Of a DNA stretch of 32,000 nucleotides, positions 12,884 to 23,728 are shown one piece after another. The notes beneath the pieces are model-generated. The model was given only the letters and a program-made list of their open reading frames with translations, was not told where the DNA came from and ran no database searches. The DNA lies in the NCBI GenBank assembly GCA_022646745.1, contig CP060262.1, positions 2,160,001 through 2,192,000 of the forward strand. The letters run 5' to 3'. The translations under genes and the position numbers were made by a program. Origin of the DNA: Planctomycetales bacterium. Its GTDB lineage: Bacteria; 4484-113; JAFGCY01. Numbering within the stretch: the stretch's first letter is position 1; each line of letters opens with the position of its first letter.

Positions 12884-14048
12884 GGCCGCTATGCTCCCGG
12901 ATGCTGCGTGCGCGGTGGGCTGCCAGCCGCTGAAGCAGCTGGTCCAGCCGGTCCTGGCCGAAGCTGTCCAGCAGTGCGTCCGCCATCGTGATTGCCAGTT
13001 CGGCCTCCAGCACGCTGCAGCCGCGCGGCACGATGCACACATCGCTGCGCTGGTAGCGCGCGCGCCGGCTCTCACCGGTGTGCAGGTCGACACTGTTCAG
13101 GGTTTTCTGCAGGGTTGCGATAGGCTTGAAGTGTACACGCAGCCAGACCGGCATGCCGTTTGTCATCCCGCCCTCGATCCCGCCGGCCCGGTTCGTGAGC
13201 CGTGCGCCATGGGAAGGGTTGTCAGCATCCACCTGGTCATGCACCGCGCTGCCGGGCCGCACACTGACATCACTGCCGATGCCGATCTCCACGGACTTGA
13301 CTGCAGGAACGCTCATCAGCGCGGCTGCCAGTTTCGTGTCCAGCCGCCGGTCCCAGGCCACATGTGTGCCCAGCCCGATCGGCGGGTTGCAGGCGAACAG
13401 CTCCACGCTGCCACCAAGTGAGTCGCCGCTTTCGCGCGCATTGTCAATCGCGGCCAGCATCGCCGCCTCACTGGCACTGTCCGCGACCCGCACTTCGCTC
13501 TGTTCACAGGCTTCGTTGATCCGGCTGATCTCCGCCTCGTCCAGCAGCTCCTCGGCTGGCCTGCCTTCCGCGCGCACCCCGCCGATCTGCACCACGCGGC
13601 TGTACACGCATATTCCGGCCTGCTCCAGCAGCAGCCTGGCGATCGCGCCGATGGCAACACGCATTGCGGTCTCCCGCGCACTGGCCCGTTCGCTGATCGG
13701 CCGCGTCTGGTCGAGGCCGTACTTCACCGCCCCGGCGAGGTCCGCATGCCCCGGCCGCGGCACGGTGTACAGCGGCGGCTGGTGGTTCTGCCAGTTGGCA
13801 AAGTCCAGGTTCTCGATCAGGAGCCCGATCGGCGCGCCGGTGCTGCGGCCCTCATAGACCCCGGCCATGATGCGCGCGCGGTCCTTCTCGATCTTCATCC
13901 GCCCACCGCTGCCATAGCCCGCCTGGCGGCGCTGCAGCTGTGGCAGCAGCAGTTCCTCACTGAGTTCCAGCCCGGCCGGCATCCCCTCGAGGATGCCGAG
14001 CAGGCCCGGGCCGTGGCTGTCCCCGGCCGTCATGTGGCGCAGTGCCAT
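12876..14048 (-). CDS. aroC: Chorismate synthase
   Basis: MALRHMTAGDSHGPGL…, RPGHADL, GRSSARETAMRV-like block (SERASARETAMRVA). 390 aa from the ATG at 14048. SD GGGGAGG lies upstream. 1 nt after the aroE stop. Confidence 0.9.
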   Translation of the reverse strand: MALRHMTAGDSHGPGLLGILEGMPAGLELSEELLLPQLQRRQAGYGSGGRMKIEKDRARIMAGVYEGRSTGAPIGLLIENLDFANWQNHQPPLYTVPRPGHADLAGAVKYGLDQTRPISERASARETAMRVAIGAIARLLLEQAGICVYSRVVQIGGVRAEGRPAEELLDEAEISRINEACEQSEVRVADSASEAAMLAAIDNARESGDSLGGSVELFACNPPIGLGTHVAWDRRLDTKLAAALMSVPAVKSVEIGIGSDVSVRPGSAVHDQVDADNPSHGARLTNRAGGIEGGMTNGMPVWLRVHFKPIATLQKTLNSVDLHTGESRRARYQRSDVCIVPRGCSVLEAELAITMADALLDSFGQDRLDQLLQRLAAHRARSIREHSGHA

Positions 14049-14049
14049 T

Positions 14050-14925
14050 TCAGCGCCTCCCCTTGATGCCGGCCAGCATCCGCTGCGCATCAACCTTATG
14101 CCCGCTGAGCAGTTCGAAGGCCTCCGCCGCCTGGCAGGCCAGCATTGCCAGCCCGTTCTCCGTACGCGCCCCGCAGTTGCGCAGCTGCGCGATGAAGCGC
14201 GTCACTGCCGGGTGGTACACGAGGTCGATTGCCAGCATCCCGCGCGGCACATCATAGAAGCCGCCCAGCGGGGACTCATCCTCGCGTCCGGCCATTCCGG
14301 CACTGGTGCAGTTGACAAGCAGGTCTGCCTCAGCAAGCGCTGCAGTCATCAGTTCACTGTCTATCAGGGCCAGGCCGAGCCGCATGTTCCCGGTATAGCC
14401 TTTCGTATCCGCTGCAAGTTCCGCCAGCGATTCCGCGTTGCGTCCCGCCACAAGCACGCTGGCGCACTTCAGCCGTGAAAGGGCCAGCAGTACACTCCTG
14501 GCAACACTGCCGCTGCCGAGGATCACCGAGCGTTTGCCAGCCGGGTCGAAGCCATGGATCTCCGCCAGCGCCCGGCTGAAACCGCCCACATCCGTGTTGG
14601 CAGCCAGGATGCCCTCATCGCTGAACTGCAGCAGGTTGGCATTGCCGGTCAGACGCGTTTCCTCGCTGTACATATCAGCGCATTCATAGGCTCGCTCTTT
14701 ATGCGGCGTTGTCACATTGATCCCCTGGAAGCCCTGCTCACTGCAGCTTGCCAGGCAGCCGCCGAAGCTGTCCTCGTCGCAGGGCAGCAGCTCGTATGTG
14801 CAGGCGATCCCGCACTGGCTTGCCGCCGCTGCGAACAGGCGCGGGGAGAGGGAGTGGCTGACCGGATAGCCGGCCAGCCCCGCCCGTATGGCGCGCAGTC
14901 CACGCCGTGCATCGGTACCTGTCAT
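14050..14925 (-). CDS. aroE: Shikimate dehydrogenase
   Basis: GLAGYPVSHSLSPRLF (AroE N-terminal motif), NVTTPHK, and an ILGSGSVARSV Rossmann loop. 291 aa. Confidence 0.85.
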   Translation of the reverse strand: MTGTDARRGLRAIRAGLAGYPVSHSLSPRLFAAAASQCGIACTYELLPCDEDSFGGCLASCSEQGFQGINVTTPHKERAYECADMYSEETRLTGNANLLQFSDEGILAANTDVGGFSRALAEIHGFDPAGKRSVILGSGSVARSVLLALSRLKCASVLVAGRNAESLAELAADTKGYTGNMRLGLALIDSELMTAALAEADLLVNCTSAGMAGREDESPLGGFYDVPRGMLAIDLVYHPAVTRFIAQLRNCGARTENGLAMLACQAAEAFELLSGHKVDAQRMLAGIKGRR

Positions 14926-14926
14926 G

Positions 14927-16213
14927 TCAGTCCACCAGCCTCATGATTTCCTCGCGGAAGCCCGGGTAGGACACGGCGATGCATTCCTCATCACTGGTCT
15001 CCACCGGGTCCGCCGACAGCAGGGATGCCACCACCGCGCTCATCGCAATGCGGTGGTCGCCGCGGCTGTCAACGCGTCCACCCTTCACCCGCTGCGGCCC
15101 GCTGATGCGGAAGCCGTCCGCATGCGTCTCACAGCTGATCCCGAGCGCAGCCAGCATCGCCGCCGTGCTTTCGATCCGGTCGCTCTCCTTCAGGCGCAGC
15201 TCGGCCGCGTCACGGATCAGCGTGGACCCGGCGGCCTGGCTGGCAACGAGCGCCAGCAGCGGCAGTTCATCAATGATGCGCGGGATGCGGCTGCCGCGCA
15301 CGGTCGTGCCCTTCAATGCACTGTGGCGCACGTGGATGTCCGCCACCGGTTCCCCGCCGACGAAGCGCTGGTTCTCGAGCGTGATGTCCGCCCCCATTTC
15401 CTGCAGGGTGTCAATGAATCCGAGCCGGCCCTGGTTGACCCCGATGTTCAGGCATTTCAGGTCAGAACCGGGCAGCAGCACTGCGGCGGCGATCAGGAAG
15501 CTGGCCGAGGAGATGTCGCCCGGCAGCTCGAACTCACGTCCGCTGATGCGCGCGCCCGGCGGCAGTTCGACAATGCCGTCGACCAGGGTCAGCCCGCTGC
15601 CCATATGGGCCAGCATCAGCTCGGTGTGGTTGCGGGTCTGCACCGGTTCCAGCAGGCGGCAGCCGCTGCCCGCCGCCAGTGATGCCAGCAAAAGCGCACT
15701 CTTGACCTGCGCGCTGGCAACCTCCGGCTTGTGCAGCGTGAATGGCAGCAGCCCGCCTTCCACCCTGAGCGGCAGGCGGTTAGTGTCTGCAAGGTAGTCG
15801 ATCCGCGCCCCCATGTCCCTGAGCGGGTCCACCACGCGCGCCATCGGCCGCCGCCTGAGCGACTTGTCGCCGTCCAGCGTCGCGCTGAAGCGCTGGGCGC
15901 TGAGCAGCCCACACAGCAGCCGCGCCGTGGTGCCGCTGTTGCGGCAGTCCAGTGGTGCCAGTGGCGTCTTCAGCCCCTCCGTACCACGGCCCTCAACCAC
16001 GACACGTCCATCCGCGTCGGGGTCGCTGATCTGCACGCCGAGTGTGCGCATGCAGTCCCGTGTCGTCAGCACGTCGCCACTCAGCGGCATGCCGTGGATC
16101 ACGCTGTCACCTTCGGCGATCCCGCCGAGCATCAGTGCCCGGTGCGCGATGCTCTTGTCTCCCGGGACGCTGATTGCCCCACGCAGGCTGCGGCCTGTCT
16201 TCTGCGGATGCAT
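14927..16213 (-). CDS. aroA: 3-phosphoshikimate 1-carboxyvinyltransferase (EPSP synthase)
   Basis: [35 protein letters not shown], and DHRIAMS near the C-terminus. Start at the ATG at 16213 (MHPQKTG), sharing one nt with the aroF stop (TGATG). Confidence 0.9.
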   Translation of the reverse strand: MHPQKTGRSLRGAISVPGDKSIAHRALMLGGIAEGDSVIHGMPLSGDVLTTRDCMRTLGVQISDPDADGRVVVEGRGTEGLKTPLAPLDCRNSGTTARLLCGLLSAQRFSATLDGDKSLRRRPMARVVDPLRDMGARIDYLADTNRLPLRVEGGLLPFTLHKPEVASAQVKSALLLASLAAGSGCRLLEPVQTRNHTELMLAHMGSGLTLVDGIVELPPGARISGREFELPGDISSASFLIAAAVLLPGSDLKCLNIGVNQGRLGFIDTLQEMGADITLENQRFVGGEPVADIHVRHSALKGTTVRGSRIPRIIDELPLLALVASQAAGSTLIRDAAELRLKESDRIESTAAMLAALGISCETHADGFRISGPQRVKGGRVDSRGDHRIAMSAVVASLLSADPVETSDEECIAVSYPGFREEIMRLVD

Positions 16214-17229
16214 CAGAATGTCCTCCCCAGTGCCGCACAGACCGGAGGCAGGGCATTGCCAACCTCTGCCAGCATTTCCGGCGTGAGGCTCTGCTTGCCG
16301 TCGCACAGCGCGTCGTCGGGGCAGGGATGGGCCTCAATGATCAGCCCGTCTGCCCCGGCCGCCACCGCCACCAGCGACATCGGCCTGATCAGCTCCCGCC
16401 GCCCGGTGGCATGGCTCGGGTCCACGATCACCGGCAGGTGCGTCAGCTGCTTGAGCGCCGCCACCGCGGCGATGTCCAGCGTGTTGCGTGTATAGCTTTC
16501 AAATGTGCGGATGCCGCGCTCGCAGAGCACCACCTGGCTGTTGCCGGCGGCCAGCACGTACTCGGCGGACATCAGCAGCTCCTCGATGCTCGCCATCATC
16601 CCGCGCTTCAGCAGCACCGGACGGTCACTGCGCCCGGCGGCTTCCAGCAATGCGAAGTTCTGCATGTTGCGCGCGCCGATCTGCAGCATGTCGCTGTATT
16701 CGGCAATCGGCCCGACCATCTCCGGGTGCAGCACCTCGGTCACGATCGGCAGGCCGACGCTCTCACCCGCGGCCTTCAGCAGGCGCAGGCCGGGCAGGCC
16801 CATCCCCTGGAATGCATAGGGCGACGAACGCGGCTTGAAGGCCCCGCCACGCAGGATCCGTGCCCCGCTGGCAGCGGCGGCCCGCGCTGCGTCAAACACC
16901 TGCTGCTCGCCTTCCACCGCGCAGGGCCCGGCGATCAGCACGAAGCGCTCACCGCCGATCTCCACCCCGCCGACATTGACAATCGAGTCGTCCGGGCGGA
17001 ACTCACGGCTGGCCAGCTTGAAGGGCTGGCGCACGCCACTAATCTCCGCCACGCCATGCATCGCCCTGAGCACTTCCTGCTCCGGCGCCGGCAGCACTGC
17101 CGTCACGCCGATGCTGACCCGGCCGGACTCGCGCGACATGTGCGGCACCACGCCGCTGTCCTCCAGGCGGCGCAGCACATCACTGACCTGTTCCATCGGA
17201 GCCTGCGGCTCCATCACGATCACCATCAT
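16213..17229 (-). CDS. aroF: 3-deoxy-7-phosphoheptulonate (DAHP) synthase, type I-beta, with an N-terminal ferredoxin-like regulatory domain
   Basis: The core is IAGPCAVE…[17 protein letters not shown]…[11 protein letters not shown] (KDO8PS-like DAHPS). It is preceded by a ~70-aa extra domain, as in Thermotoga-type enzymes. 338 aa. Confidence 0.85.
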   Translation of the reverse strand: MMVIVMEPQAPMEQVSDVLRRLEDSGVVPHMSRESGRVSIGVTAVLPAPEQEVLRAMHGVAEISGVRQPFKLASREFRPDDSIVNVGGVEIGGERFVLIAGPCAVEGEQQVFDAARAAAASGARILRGGAFKPRSSPYAFQGMGLPGLRLLKAAGESVGLPIVTEVLHPEMVGPIAEYSDMLQIGARNMQNFALLEAAGRSDRPVLLKRGMMASIEELLMSAEYVLAAGNSQVVLCERGIRTFESYTRNTLDIAAVAALKQLTHLPVIVDPSHATGRRELIRPMSLVAVAAGADGLIIEAHPCPDDALCDGKQSLTPEMLAEVGNALPPVCAALGRTF

Positions 17230-18050
17230 GTTCGGCTCTCCTCGAGTGCCACGCCGCTGTCCTGCGCGCTGTGGTCCAGTGCCCGGCGGATGCCGGCGAT
17301 GAATTCCGCTGCGGCCTGCAGCGGATTGTCAGATTCCAGTCGTTCGATCAGCGCACTGCCGATGATCACGCCATCGCAATGCGCCGCTGCGGCACTCGCG
17401 CTCCTGGCATCGGAGATCCCGAAGCCGGTCAGCAGCGGCAGAGTGGAATTGGCGCGAATGTCCTCGATGATGCCGGGCAGGCTGCCGTTGGCAGTGATCT
17501 GTCCGCCGGTCACACCGAGCCGTGACACCAGGTAGATGAAGCCCTCGCTGGTACGTGCCAGCCGGCTGATGCGCGCAGCTGAGCTGGACGGGGCCACCAG
17601 CTGGATGCGGGCCAGCGGACTCCTGGCAATTGCCAGTTCGGTGACCCGGTCACCATCCAGCGGCAGGTCCGGCAGGATCAGCCCGCTGATCCCGGCGGCC
17701 GCCGCATCAGCCAGGAAACGCTGCACGCCGTAACTCAGCAGCGGGTTGACATATCCCATCGCAACCAGCGGGATCGCCAGCTTCCCCTGCAGGCGGCTGG
17801 CCAGCTCCAGTGCCCTGGCCGAAGTCATCCCGCTGTCGATTGCGGCTGCACTGGCGCGCTGGATCACCGGACCGTCCGCCAGCGGGTCGCTGAAGGGCAG
17901 GCCGAGCTCGATCGCGTCCGCACCACTGGCTTCCAACAGCGGCAGCAGCTCAAGGAAACGCTGCTCATCCGGGAAGCCGGCGGTGACGTAGGCCACCAGC
18001 AGCTTGCGCTGGCGGCTGCGCTGCACCATGAATTCCTCAAGCTGCTTCAT
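17226..18050 (-). CDS. trpA: Tryptophan synthase alpha chain
   Basis: [10 protein letters not shown]…[21 protein letters not shown]. Start chosen at the ATG at 18050 (MKQLEEF…) by spacing to the conserved block. An alternative ATG lies at 18029. Confidence 0.85.
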   Translation of the reverse strand: MKQLEEFMVQRSRQRKLLVAYVTAGFPDEQRFLELLPLLEASGADAIELGLPFSDPLADGPVIQRASAAAIDSGMTSARALELASRLQGKLAIPLVAMGYVNPLLSYGVQRFLADAAAAGISGLILPDLPLDGDRVTELAIARSPLARIQLVAPSSSAARISRLARTSEGFIYLVSRLGVTGGQITANGSLPGIIEDIRANSTLPLLTGFGISDARSASAAAAHCDGVIIGSALIERLESDNPLQAAAEFIAGIRRALDHSAQDSGVALEESRT

Positions 18051-19869
18051 GGTCGCCCTCCTGCATGCTGCGCTGCGTTGCCAGTACATGCTCGATGTCC
18101 TTGTCGCCGCGCCCGCTCAGGCACACCAGCAGCGGTCCGCTGCCTTCCGTGCGCAGTGCCAGTGCCAGCGCATGGCTGCTTTCCAGCGCGGGGATGATGC
18201 CCTCCGTGCGGCACAGCAGGTGGAAGGCCTCCAGCGCTTCCCTGTCAGTCACACTCATGTATTCCACGCGGCCGATGCTGTGCAGGAAGCTGTGCTCCGG
18301 ACCGACGCCGGGGTAGTCCAGCCCGGCACTGATGCTGTGCACCGGCTCCACCTGGCCGTTGCCATCCTGCAGCAGGTAGCTGAGCGAACCATGCAGCACC
18401 CCGGGCCGTCCGAGGCCGAGCGCTGCGGCATGCTGCCCGCTGGCATTGCCATGCCCGCCGGCCTCGGCTCCCAGCAGGCGCACGCTGCGCTGTGCGATGA
18501 AGGGTGCGAACATCCCGATCGCATTGCTGCCGCCGCCGACGCTCGCCACCACCGTGCCCGGCAGGTCGCCGGTCAGCTCACGGCACTGCTGCAGGCTCTC
18601 ATTGCCGATCACTGCCTGGAAGTCGCGCACCATCGTCGGGTAGGGATGCGGGCCGACCGCACTGCCGATCAGGTAGTGCGCCGTGTTGCAGTTGGCGACC
18701 CAGTCGCGGATCGCCTCACTCGTGGCATCCTTCAGTGTGCGGCTGCCGCTGTCAACCGGGCGCACCTCGGCCCCGAGCAGTTCCATCCGCCTCAGGTTCG
18801 GTCCCTGGCGGCGGATATCCTCGCTGCCCATATAGACCCGGCAGCCCATCCCCATCATCGCGGCGGTGGTTGCCACCGCCACGCCATGCTGCCCGGCACC
18901 GGTCTCGGCGATCAGCTGCGTGCAGCCCATCCGCCGTGCCAGCAGCGCCTGGCCGATGCAGTTGTTGAGCTTGTGCGCCCCGGTATGCACCAGATCCTCA
19001 CGCTTCAGCAGCACCGGCCGGCCCTGCATTTCGCTCAGGCGGGCCGCATGGTACAGCGGTGTCCTGCGCCCGGCGAACTCACGCAGCAGCGTTGCCAGTT
19101 CCGCTCGGAAGTCCCCGTCATTGCTGAAGTGGCTGAATGCCTGGGACAGTTCCTCAAGCGCGGGCACGAGCGTCTCCGGCACATAGGCCCCGCCGAACGG
19201 GCCGATCCGCCCGTCAGCGCCGGGGCTGGGCAGCCGGCCCGCACCCGCATTGCGCACCGCAGTGATGAACTCCGAGAGCATCGCCGGATGCTTGATGCCC
19301 GGTGAAAGCTCAACGCCGCTGGCAACGTCCACTCCGATTGCCCTGCTGAGCTGCAGCAGTGCCACGGCGGAGTAGGCATTCAGCCCGCCCGCAATCCGCA
19401 GCGGGACACCGCTCGCCGTTGCGCTGTCAATATCCTTCAGTGTCAGTGTCGTACCCGGCGGGCAGCCCTTCGGCAGGTCCAGCAGCAGGCTGTCAATCCC
19501 GCTCGCGGCCAGCATCCGCAGGTATGCCTCGTCCCCAAGCTGCTGCGGCTCGACCGCCACGATGATCCGTGCTGCAGAGCAGGCGCGCAACTCACTGAGG
19601 TACTGCTCCGTCACCGGCTCATGCAGCTGCACGTAGTCCAGCCCGCAGGCCAGCGCCGTTTCGGCGATCTCCATCGCGGCAGTCCCGCGGAACACGCCGG
19701 CCATTGCCACGTTTTCCACACTGTCGCTGATCTCCTGCGCCATGCCGCGGTTCACCCGGCGCGGGCTTTCACAGAAGACCATCCCGAGGATGTCCGCGCC
19801 GAGCGCCTCAGCCAGCCGTGCATCCACCGGGCGTGTCACTCCACATATCTTTATCTCAGAGCGGCTCAT
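18037..19869 (-). CDS. trpB: Fused phosphoribosylanthranilate isomerase (TrpF) - tryptophan synthase beta chain (TrpB)
   Basis: The N-terminal ~200 aa [27 protein letters not shown]… is PRAI-like. It is followed by [10 protein letters not shown]…[16 protein letters not shown]…ETGAGQHG (the TrpB PLP enzyme). A single 610-aa ORF. Confidence 0.85.
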   Translation of the reverse strand: MSRSEIKICGVTRPVDARLAEALGADILGMVFCESPRRVNRGMAQEISDSVENVAMAGVFRGTAAMEIAETALACGLDYVQLHEPVTEQYLSELRACSAARIIVAVEPQQLGDEAYLRMLAASGIDSLLLDLPKGCPPGTTLTLKDIDSATASGVPLRIAGGLNAYSAVALLQLSRAIGVDVASGVELSPGIKHPAMLSEFITAVRNAGAGRLPSPGADGRIGPFGGAYVPETLVPALEELSQAFSHFSNDGDFRAELATLLREFAGRRTPLYHAARLSEMQGRPVLLKREDLVHTGAHKLNNCIGQALLARRMGCTQLIAETGAGQHGVAVATTAAMMGMGCRVYMGSEDIRRQGPNLRRMELLGAEVRPVDSGSRTLKDATSEAIRDWVANCNTAHYLIGSAVGPHPYPTMVRDFQAVIGNESLQQCRELTGDLPGTVVASVGGGSNAIGMFAPFIAQRSVRLLGAEAGGHGNASGQHAAALGLGRPGVLHGSLSYLLQDGNGQVEPVHSISAGLDYPGVGPEHSFLHSIGRVEYMSVTDREALEAFHLLCRTEGIIPALESSHALALALRTEGSGPLLVCLSGRGDKDIEHVLATQRSMQEGDHEAA

Positions 19870-20653
19870 TGGCAGGCTCCCGCGCCAGCAGCTCAGCCAG
19901 GCGCTTTTCCGGTCGGTCGTGCTCCAGAAGCTCCGTGCCGATCAGGAAACTGTGCACGCCACCTGCGATGAAGCGGCGCATGTCCTCAACCCCGCGGATG
20001 CCGCTCTCGGCCACCACGCGGATCCCGTCCGGCACCTGCTGTGCCAGCTCAAGTGAGGCGTCGAGGTCCATTGCCAGGCTGTCCAGGTTGCGTGCGTTGA
20101 CACCGATGATCTCCGGTTCCAGCAGCAGTGCGCGCTCCAGCTCATCCGCGTTGTGCACCTCGAGCAGTACCTCCAGCCCGATCTCGCGGGCGAGGGTGTA
20201 CAGCATTGCCAGTTCAGCATCATTCAGCAGGCGCACGATCAGGAGCACCGCATCCGCCCCCAGCAGCCGCGTCTCCAGCACGTCAAAGTCCGAGATGATG
20301 AATTCCTTGCGCAGCACCGGGATGCTGACGGCGGCCCTGGTGTTGCCAAGGTCGGATTTCTGCATCCCGAAGAACTGCTCATTCGTCAGCACACTCAGCG
20401 CGGCGGCCCCGTTGCGCTCATAGGCCGGGCCGAGGATGCGCCCGTCGCGGTAGCCACCCATTTCACCGCGGCTCGGCGAGCAGCGCTTGATCTCTGCAAT
20501 CACGCTTGGCTTCTGCTCGAGCGCGAGGCGCAGGCTTCGCACCGGAGGCATCGACCGGCAGTCCTCCTGCAGGCGTTCCATCTTGTAGCGGTCGATCGAG
20601 AGCGGCTGGCGGCGGCGGCGGTCCTCGATGATGCGGGAGAGCAGGCTCGTCAT
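19856..20653 (-). CDS. trpC: Indole-3-glycerol phosphate synthase
   Basis: [30 protein letters not shown]. 265 aa. Confidence 0.9.
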   Translation of the reverse strand: MTSLLSRIIEDRRRRQPLSIDRYKMERLQEDCRSMPPVRSLRLALEQKPSVIAEIKRCSPSRGEMGGYRDGRILGPAYERNGAAALSVLTNEQFFGMQKSDLGNTRAAVSIPVLRKEFIISDFDVLETRLLGADAVLLIVRLLNDAELAMLYTLAREIGLEVLLEVHNADELERALLLEPEIIGVNARNLDSLAMDLDASLELAQQVPDGIRVVAESGIRGVEDMRRFIAGGVHSFLIGTELLEHDRPEKRLAELLAREPANEPL

Positions 20654-21678
20654 GCACGCACCTCCAGCCCGCGGCTCAGCTCGACCAGCTGATCCAGTCT
20701 TGCGGATGCGGCCCCGCTGTCAATCGACTGCGCCGCCAGTTCCACGCCCTGCCTGAGGTCCTTCGTCAGCCCGCCGAGCACGGCGCAGGCTGCGGCGTTG
20801 GCCAGCACGATGTCGCGCGCGGCCCCGGCTTCCCCGGAAAGCAGGCGGCGGATGATGCGCGCGTTGTCAGCGCGGTCGCCACCACGCAGCTCGATCGGCA
20901 GGTGGCGCGTGAGCCCGAGCATCTCCGGGCTGATCGTCATTTCATTGAAGCCGCCGTCGGCCACCACCATCACGTCCGTCTCGCCGCAGACGCTGATCTC
21001 GTCCAGTCCGTCACGGCTGGCAACGAGGATCGCATGGCTGTCGCCGAGAGCGGCCAGCACGGATGCCATCCGCCAGGCGGCCTTGCGCGACCAGCAGCCG
21101 ATCAGCTGCTGGCGGGCTCCGGCCGGATTCGTGAGCGGGCCGAGCATGTTGAAGAAGCTGCGCACGCCGAGCGCACGGCGCACCGGGGCAACCTGCTTCA
21201 TCGCGGGGTGCAGCGCCGGGGCGAACAGGAAGCCGATGCCGCACTGCTCGATGCACTGTGCCATCCCGGCGCTGTCCAGCCCGATGTTGACACCAAGCTC
21301 CTCCAGCACGTCAGCGCTGCCACAGCGGCTGCTGACGGAGCGGTTGCCATGCTTGGCGACGCGCAGGCCCATCCCGGCGGCCACGAAGGCCGTCGCAGTG
21401 GATACGTTGAAGGTGCCGCTGCCATCGCCACCCGTACCGCAGGTGTCAATCAGGTCCGGGCCCTGTGCCACATCCACCGGGGTGCAGCGCTCGCGCATCA
21501 GTTCCGCGAAGCCGCACAGCTCATCCGTGCTTTCCCCGCGCAGCCTGAGCGCTGCAAGGATCGCGGCTGACTGCTCCGGGGTGGCTTCGCCATCCATCAT
21601 CTCAGCCAGCAACTCACGGGCCTCGCCGCGGTTCAGCACCTCGCCGTCCAGCAGCCGCTCCAGCGTGGCCTGGATCAT
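20650..21678 (-). CDS. trpD: Anthranilate phosphoribosyltransferase
   Basis: IDTCGTGGDGSGTFNVSTA, KHGNRSVSS. 342 aa. Confidence 0.9.
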   Translation of the reverse strand: MIQATLERLLDGEVLNRGEARELLAEMMDGEATPEQSAAILAALRLRGESTDELCGFAELMRERCTPVDVAQGPDLIDTCGTGGDGSGTFNVSTATAFVAAGMGLRVAKHGNRSVSSRCGSADVLEELGVNIGLDSAGMAQCIEQCGIGFLFAPALHPAMKQVAPVRRALGVRSFFNMLGPLTNPAGARQQLIGCWSRKAAWRMASVLAALGDSHAILVASRDGLDEISVCGETDVMVVADGGFNEMTISPEMLGLTRHLPIELRGGDRADNARIIRRLLSGEAGAARDIVLANAAACAVLGGLTKDLRQGVELAAQSIDSGAASARLDQLVELSRGLEVRA

Positions 21679-22262
21679 CGCAGCACCTCCGCCGGGGCCA
21701 GCTGGGCCAGCAGGTTGTCAACCAGGCGCGGTCCGACCGCCGTCATCAGCGACTCCGGGTGGAACTGCAGGCCGACCAGTGGCAGCTCGCGGTGGCGGAT
21801 CGCCATCACCTCGCCATGGCTGGTATGCGCCGTCAGTTCGAGGCAGTCCGGCAGGCTGGCCGGGTCCACCACCAGCGAGTGGTAGCGCATCGCCTCATAG
21901 GGGTTCGGCAGGCCGCGGTGCACCCCATGCCCGTCGTGGTACACAAGCGAGGTGCGGCCGTGCATCAGCCTCCCGGCACGCACGATGCTCGCCCCGAAGT
22001 GCATGGCCAGCGCCTGGTGCCCGAGGCAGATCCCGAGCATCGGCAGCTCAATGTGCAGCGCGGAGATGATCGCCGGCATGTTGCCAGCATCCTCCGGCCG
22101 GCCCGGGCCGGGGCTGAGCACCACGAGCTGCGGCGCCAGTTCCCGGATCCCGTCTGCATCTATCGCATCATTGCGGAACACCCGGAGCTCCTGCCCACGC
22201 GCCCCCAGCATCTGTACCAGGTTGAACGTGAAGGAGTCGAAGTTGTCAATCACCACTATCAT
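21675..22262 (-). CDS. trpG: Anthranilate synthase component II (glutamine amidotransferase)
   Basis: IVVIDNFDSFTFNLVQ, GICLGHQAL, LQFHPES. 195 aa. Confidence 0.9.
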   Translation of the reverse strand: MIVVIDNFDSFTFNLVQMLGARGQELRVFRNDAIDADGIRELAPQLVVLSPGPGRPEDAGNMPAIISALHIELPMLGICLGHQALAMHFGASIVRAGRLMHGRTSLVYHDGHGVHRGLPNPYEAMRYHSLVVDPASLPDCLELTAHTSHGEVMAIRHRELPLVGLQFHPESLMTAVGPRLVDNLLAQLAPAEVLR

Positions 22263-23728
22263 CCGATGCCCTCCTCCGCGATGCGGATCGCCTCAAGCAG
22301 CGCTGCCATCTTGGCAGAGCATTCCTCGTATTCCTTCTGCGGCACGCTGTCCGCCACGATGCCGGCCCCGGCCTGCACCGTGTAGCGGCCCTGCTGCAGC
22401 TGCACCATGCGGATCGCGATGCACATGTCCATCCGGCAGTCGCGTCCGATGTAACCCACCGCGCCGCCGTAGGCCCCGCGGCGGAAGGGCTCAAGTTCGT
22501 CAATCAGTTCCATTGCGCGGATCTTCGGAGCGCCGCTGAGTGTGCCCGCCGGGAAGGCGCTGGCCAGCAGCTTGAAGCAGTCCTGCTCCTTCGCCAGCCG
22601 GCCGCTGACCCTGGAGACAAGGTGCATCACGTGGCTGTAGCGCCGCACTTCCATCAGCTCATCCACGTTGACAGAGCCGTACTCGCAGACACGGCCGAGG
22701 TCATTGCGCCCGAGGTCCACCAGCATCAGGTGCTCGCTGCGTTCCTTCGGGTCCGCCAGCAGTTCCTGCTCCAGCGCGAGGTTGCCGGCCTCATCCGCTG
22801 CCAGCGGACGGGTGCCGGCGATCGGCATCACGCGCGCGACGCCCTCATCCAGCGAAACCAGCTCCTCCGGCGAACTGCCGACGAGCTGGAAGCTGCCGAA
22901 GTCCAGCAGGAACATGTAGGGCGATGGGTTGACTGAGCGCAAGGCGCGGTAGATCGACAGCGCACTGGCCGGGGTATGCCCGCTTAAGCGCCGTGACAGC
23001 ACCACCTGGAAGATGTCCCCGGCCGCGATATGCTCCTTGGCCTGCTCCACCGCCTGGATGTACTGCCCATCGGCATAACCGCATTCCTGCGCCGGAGTGC
23101 TCAGCGAATAGGGCTGGGTCTCCTCAGTGGGCAGCGGCCCGCGCAGCACCTCGCGGTAGTGCCGTGCCCGCGCATCCACCTCGGCCTGCGTCGCATCCGC
23201 CGCACAGGGCATCACCGCGATCCGCATCCGGCGGGTCAGGTGGTCGAACTCGACCACGCTGCGCGGCACGAGGAAGTTCGCATCGGCCAGCCCGCTTTCA
23301 TTTGCATTGCTGTCCGGGATGCGCTCGAACAGGCGCACGCAGTCATAGCCGAAGCTGCCCACCGCACCGCCGAGCATCGGCGGCAGGCCGGCCGGCAGTG
23401 ATCCACTGCTCTGCTCAATGAAGCGGCGCAGCGGGGCCAGCGGGTCATTGGGGTCGAGCTGGTGCAGCTCCTCACCGGTGGATGTGCTGATGCGCATCTC
23501 GCGGCCGCGGATCTCGACGCGGTCGAAGGGCGGCAGGCCGATGAAGGAGTAGCGTCCCAGTCCGCGGCCATGCTCACTGCTTTCCAGCAGGAAGCCGCCA
23601 TCCGCGCCGCACAGCTTCATGTACGCGCTGACGGGGGTGTCGAGGTCGGCCGGGAGTTCGATCAGGCTGCAGGCGGGCACCAGGCCCGCGCCTACTGCGC
23701 GATTATCGTGAGAGTGGAGCGTGGACAT
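22259..23728 (-). CDS. trpE: Anthranilate synthase component I
   Basis: LLESSEHG, a GAVGYFGYD-like block (GAVGSFGYD), and FPAGTLSGAPKIRAMELIDELE…RGAYGGAVGY. SD GGGAGG lies 8 nt upstream of the ATG at 23728. Confidence 0.9.
   Translation of the reverse strand: MSTLHSHDNRAVGAGLVPACSLIELPADLDTPVSAYMKLCGADGGFLLESSEHGRGLGRYSFIGLPPFDRVEIRGREMRISTSTGEELHQLDPNDPLAPLRRFIEQSSGSLPAGLPPMLGGAVGSFGYDCVRLFERIPDSNANESGLADANFLVPRSVVEFDHLTRRMRIAVMPCAADATQAEVDARARHYREVLRGPLPTEETQPYSLSTPAQECGYADGQYIQAVEQAKEHIAAGDIFQVVLSRRLSGHTPASALSIYRALRSVNPSPYMFLLDFGSFQLVGSSPEELVSLDEGVARVMPIAGTRPLAADEAGNLALEQELLADPKERSEHLMLVDLGRNDLGRVCEYGSVNVDELMEVRRYSHVMHLVSRVSGRLAKEQDCFKLLASAFPAGTLSGAPKIRAMELIDELEPFRRGAYGGAVGYIGRDCRMDMCIAIRMVQLQQGRYTVQAGAGIVADSVPQKEYEECSAKMAALLEAIRIAEEGIG

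Noticed and set aside
12884-13093. N-terminal extensions in the tracked ORFs (aroKB to 13093, aroC to 14093, aroA to 16306, kinase to 5300, arsR to 29139, trpA to 18089, oxoprolinase to 8991)
   Set aside because: The extensions overlap the preceding gene or a promoter and are W/C/R-rich. Some start at non-ATG codons. Conserved N-terminal family motifs begin right after an internal ATG with sensible coupling or SD geometry.
18004-22069. Long plus-strand ORFs (18004-19305, 20798-22069, 21759-22385 and others) across the trp genes, plus 16174-17535, 14888-15682, 12380-12991, 10048-10797(-) and 9008-9832(-)
   Set aside because: All lie antisense to genes with strong enzyme signatures. None has an SD or a recognisable motif.
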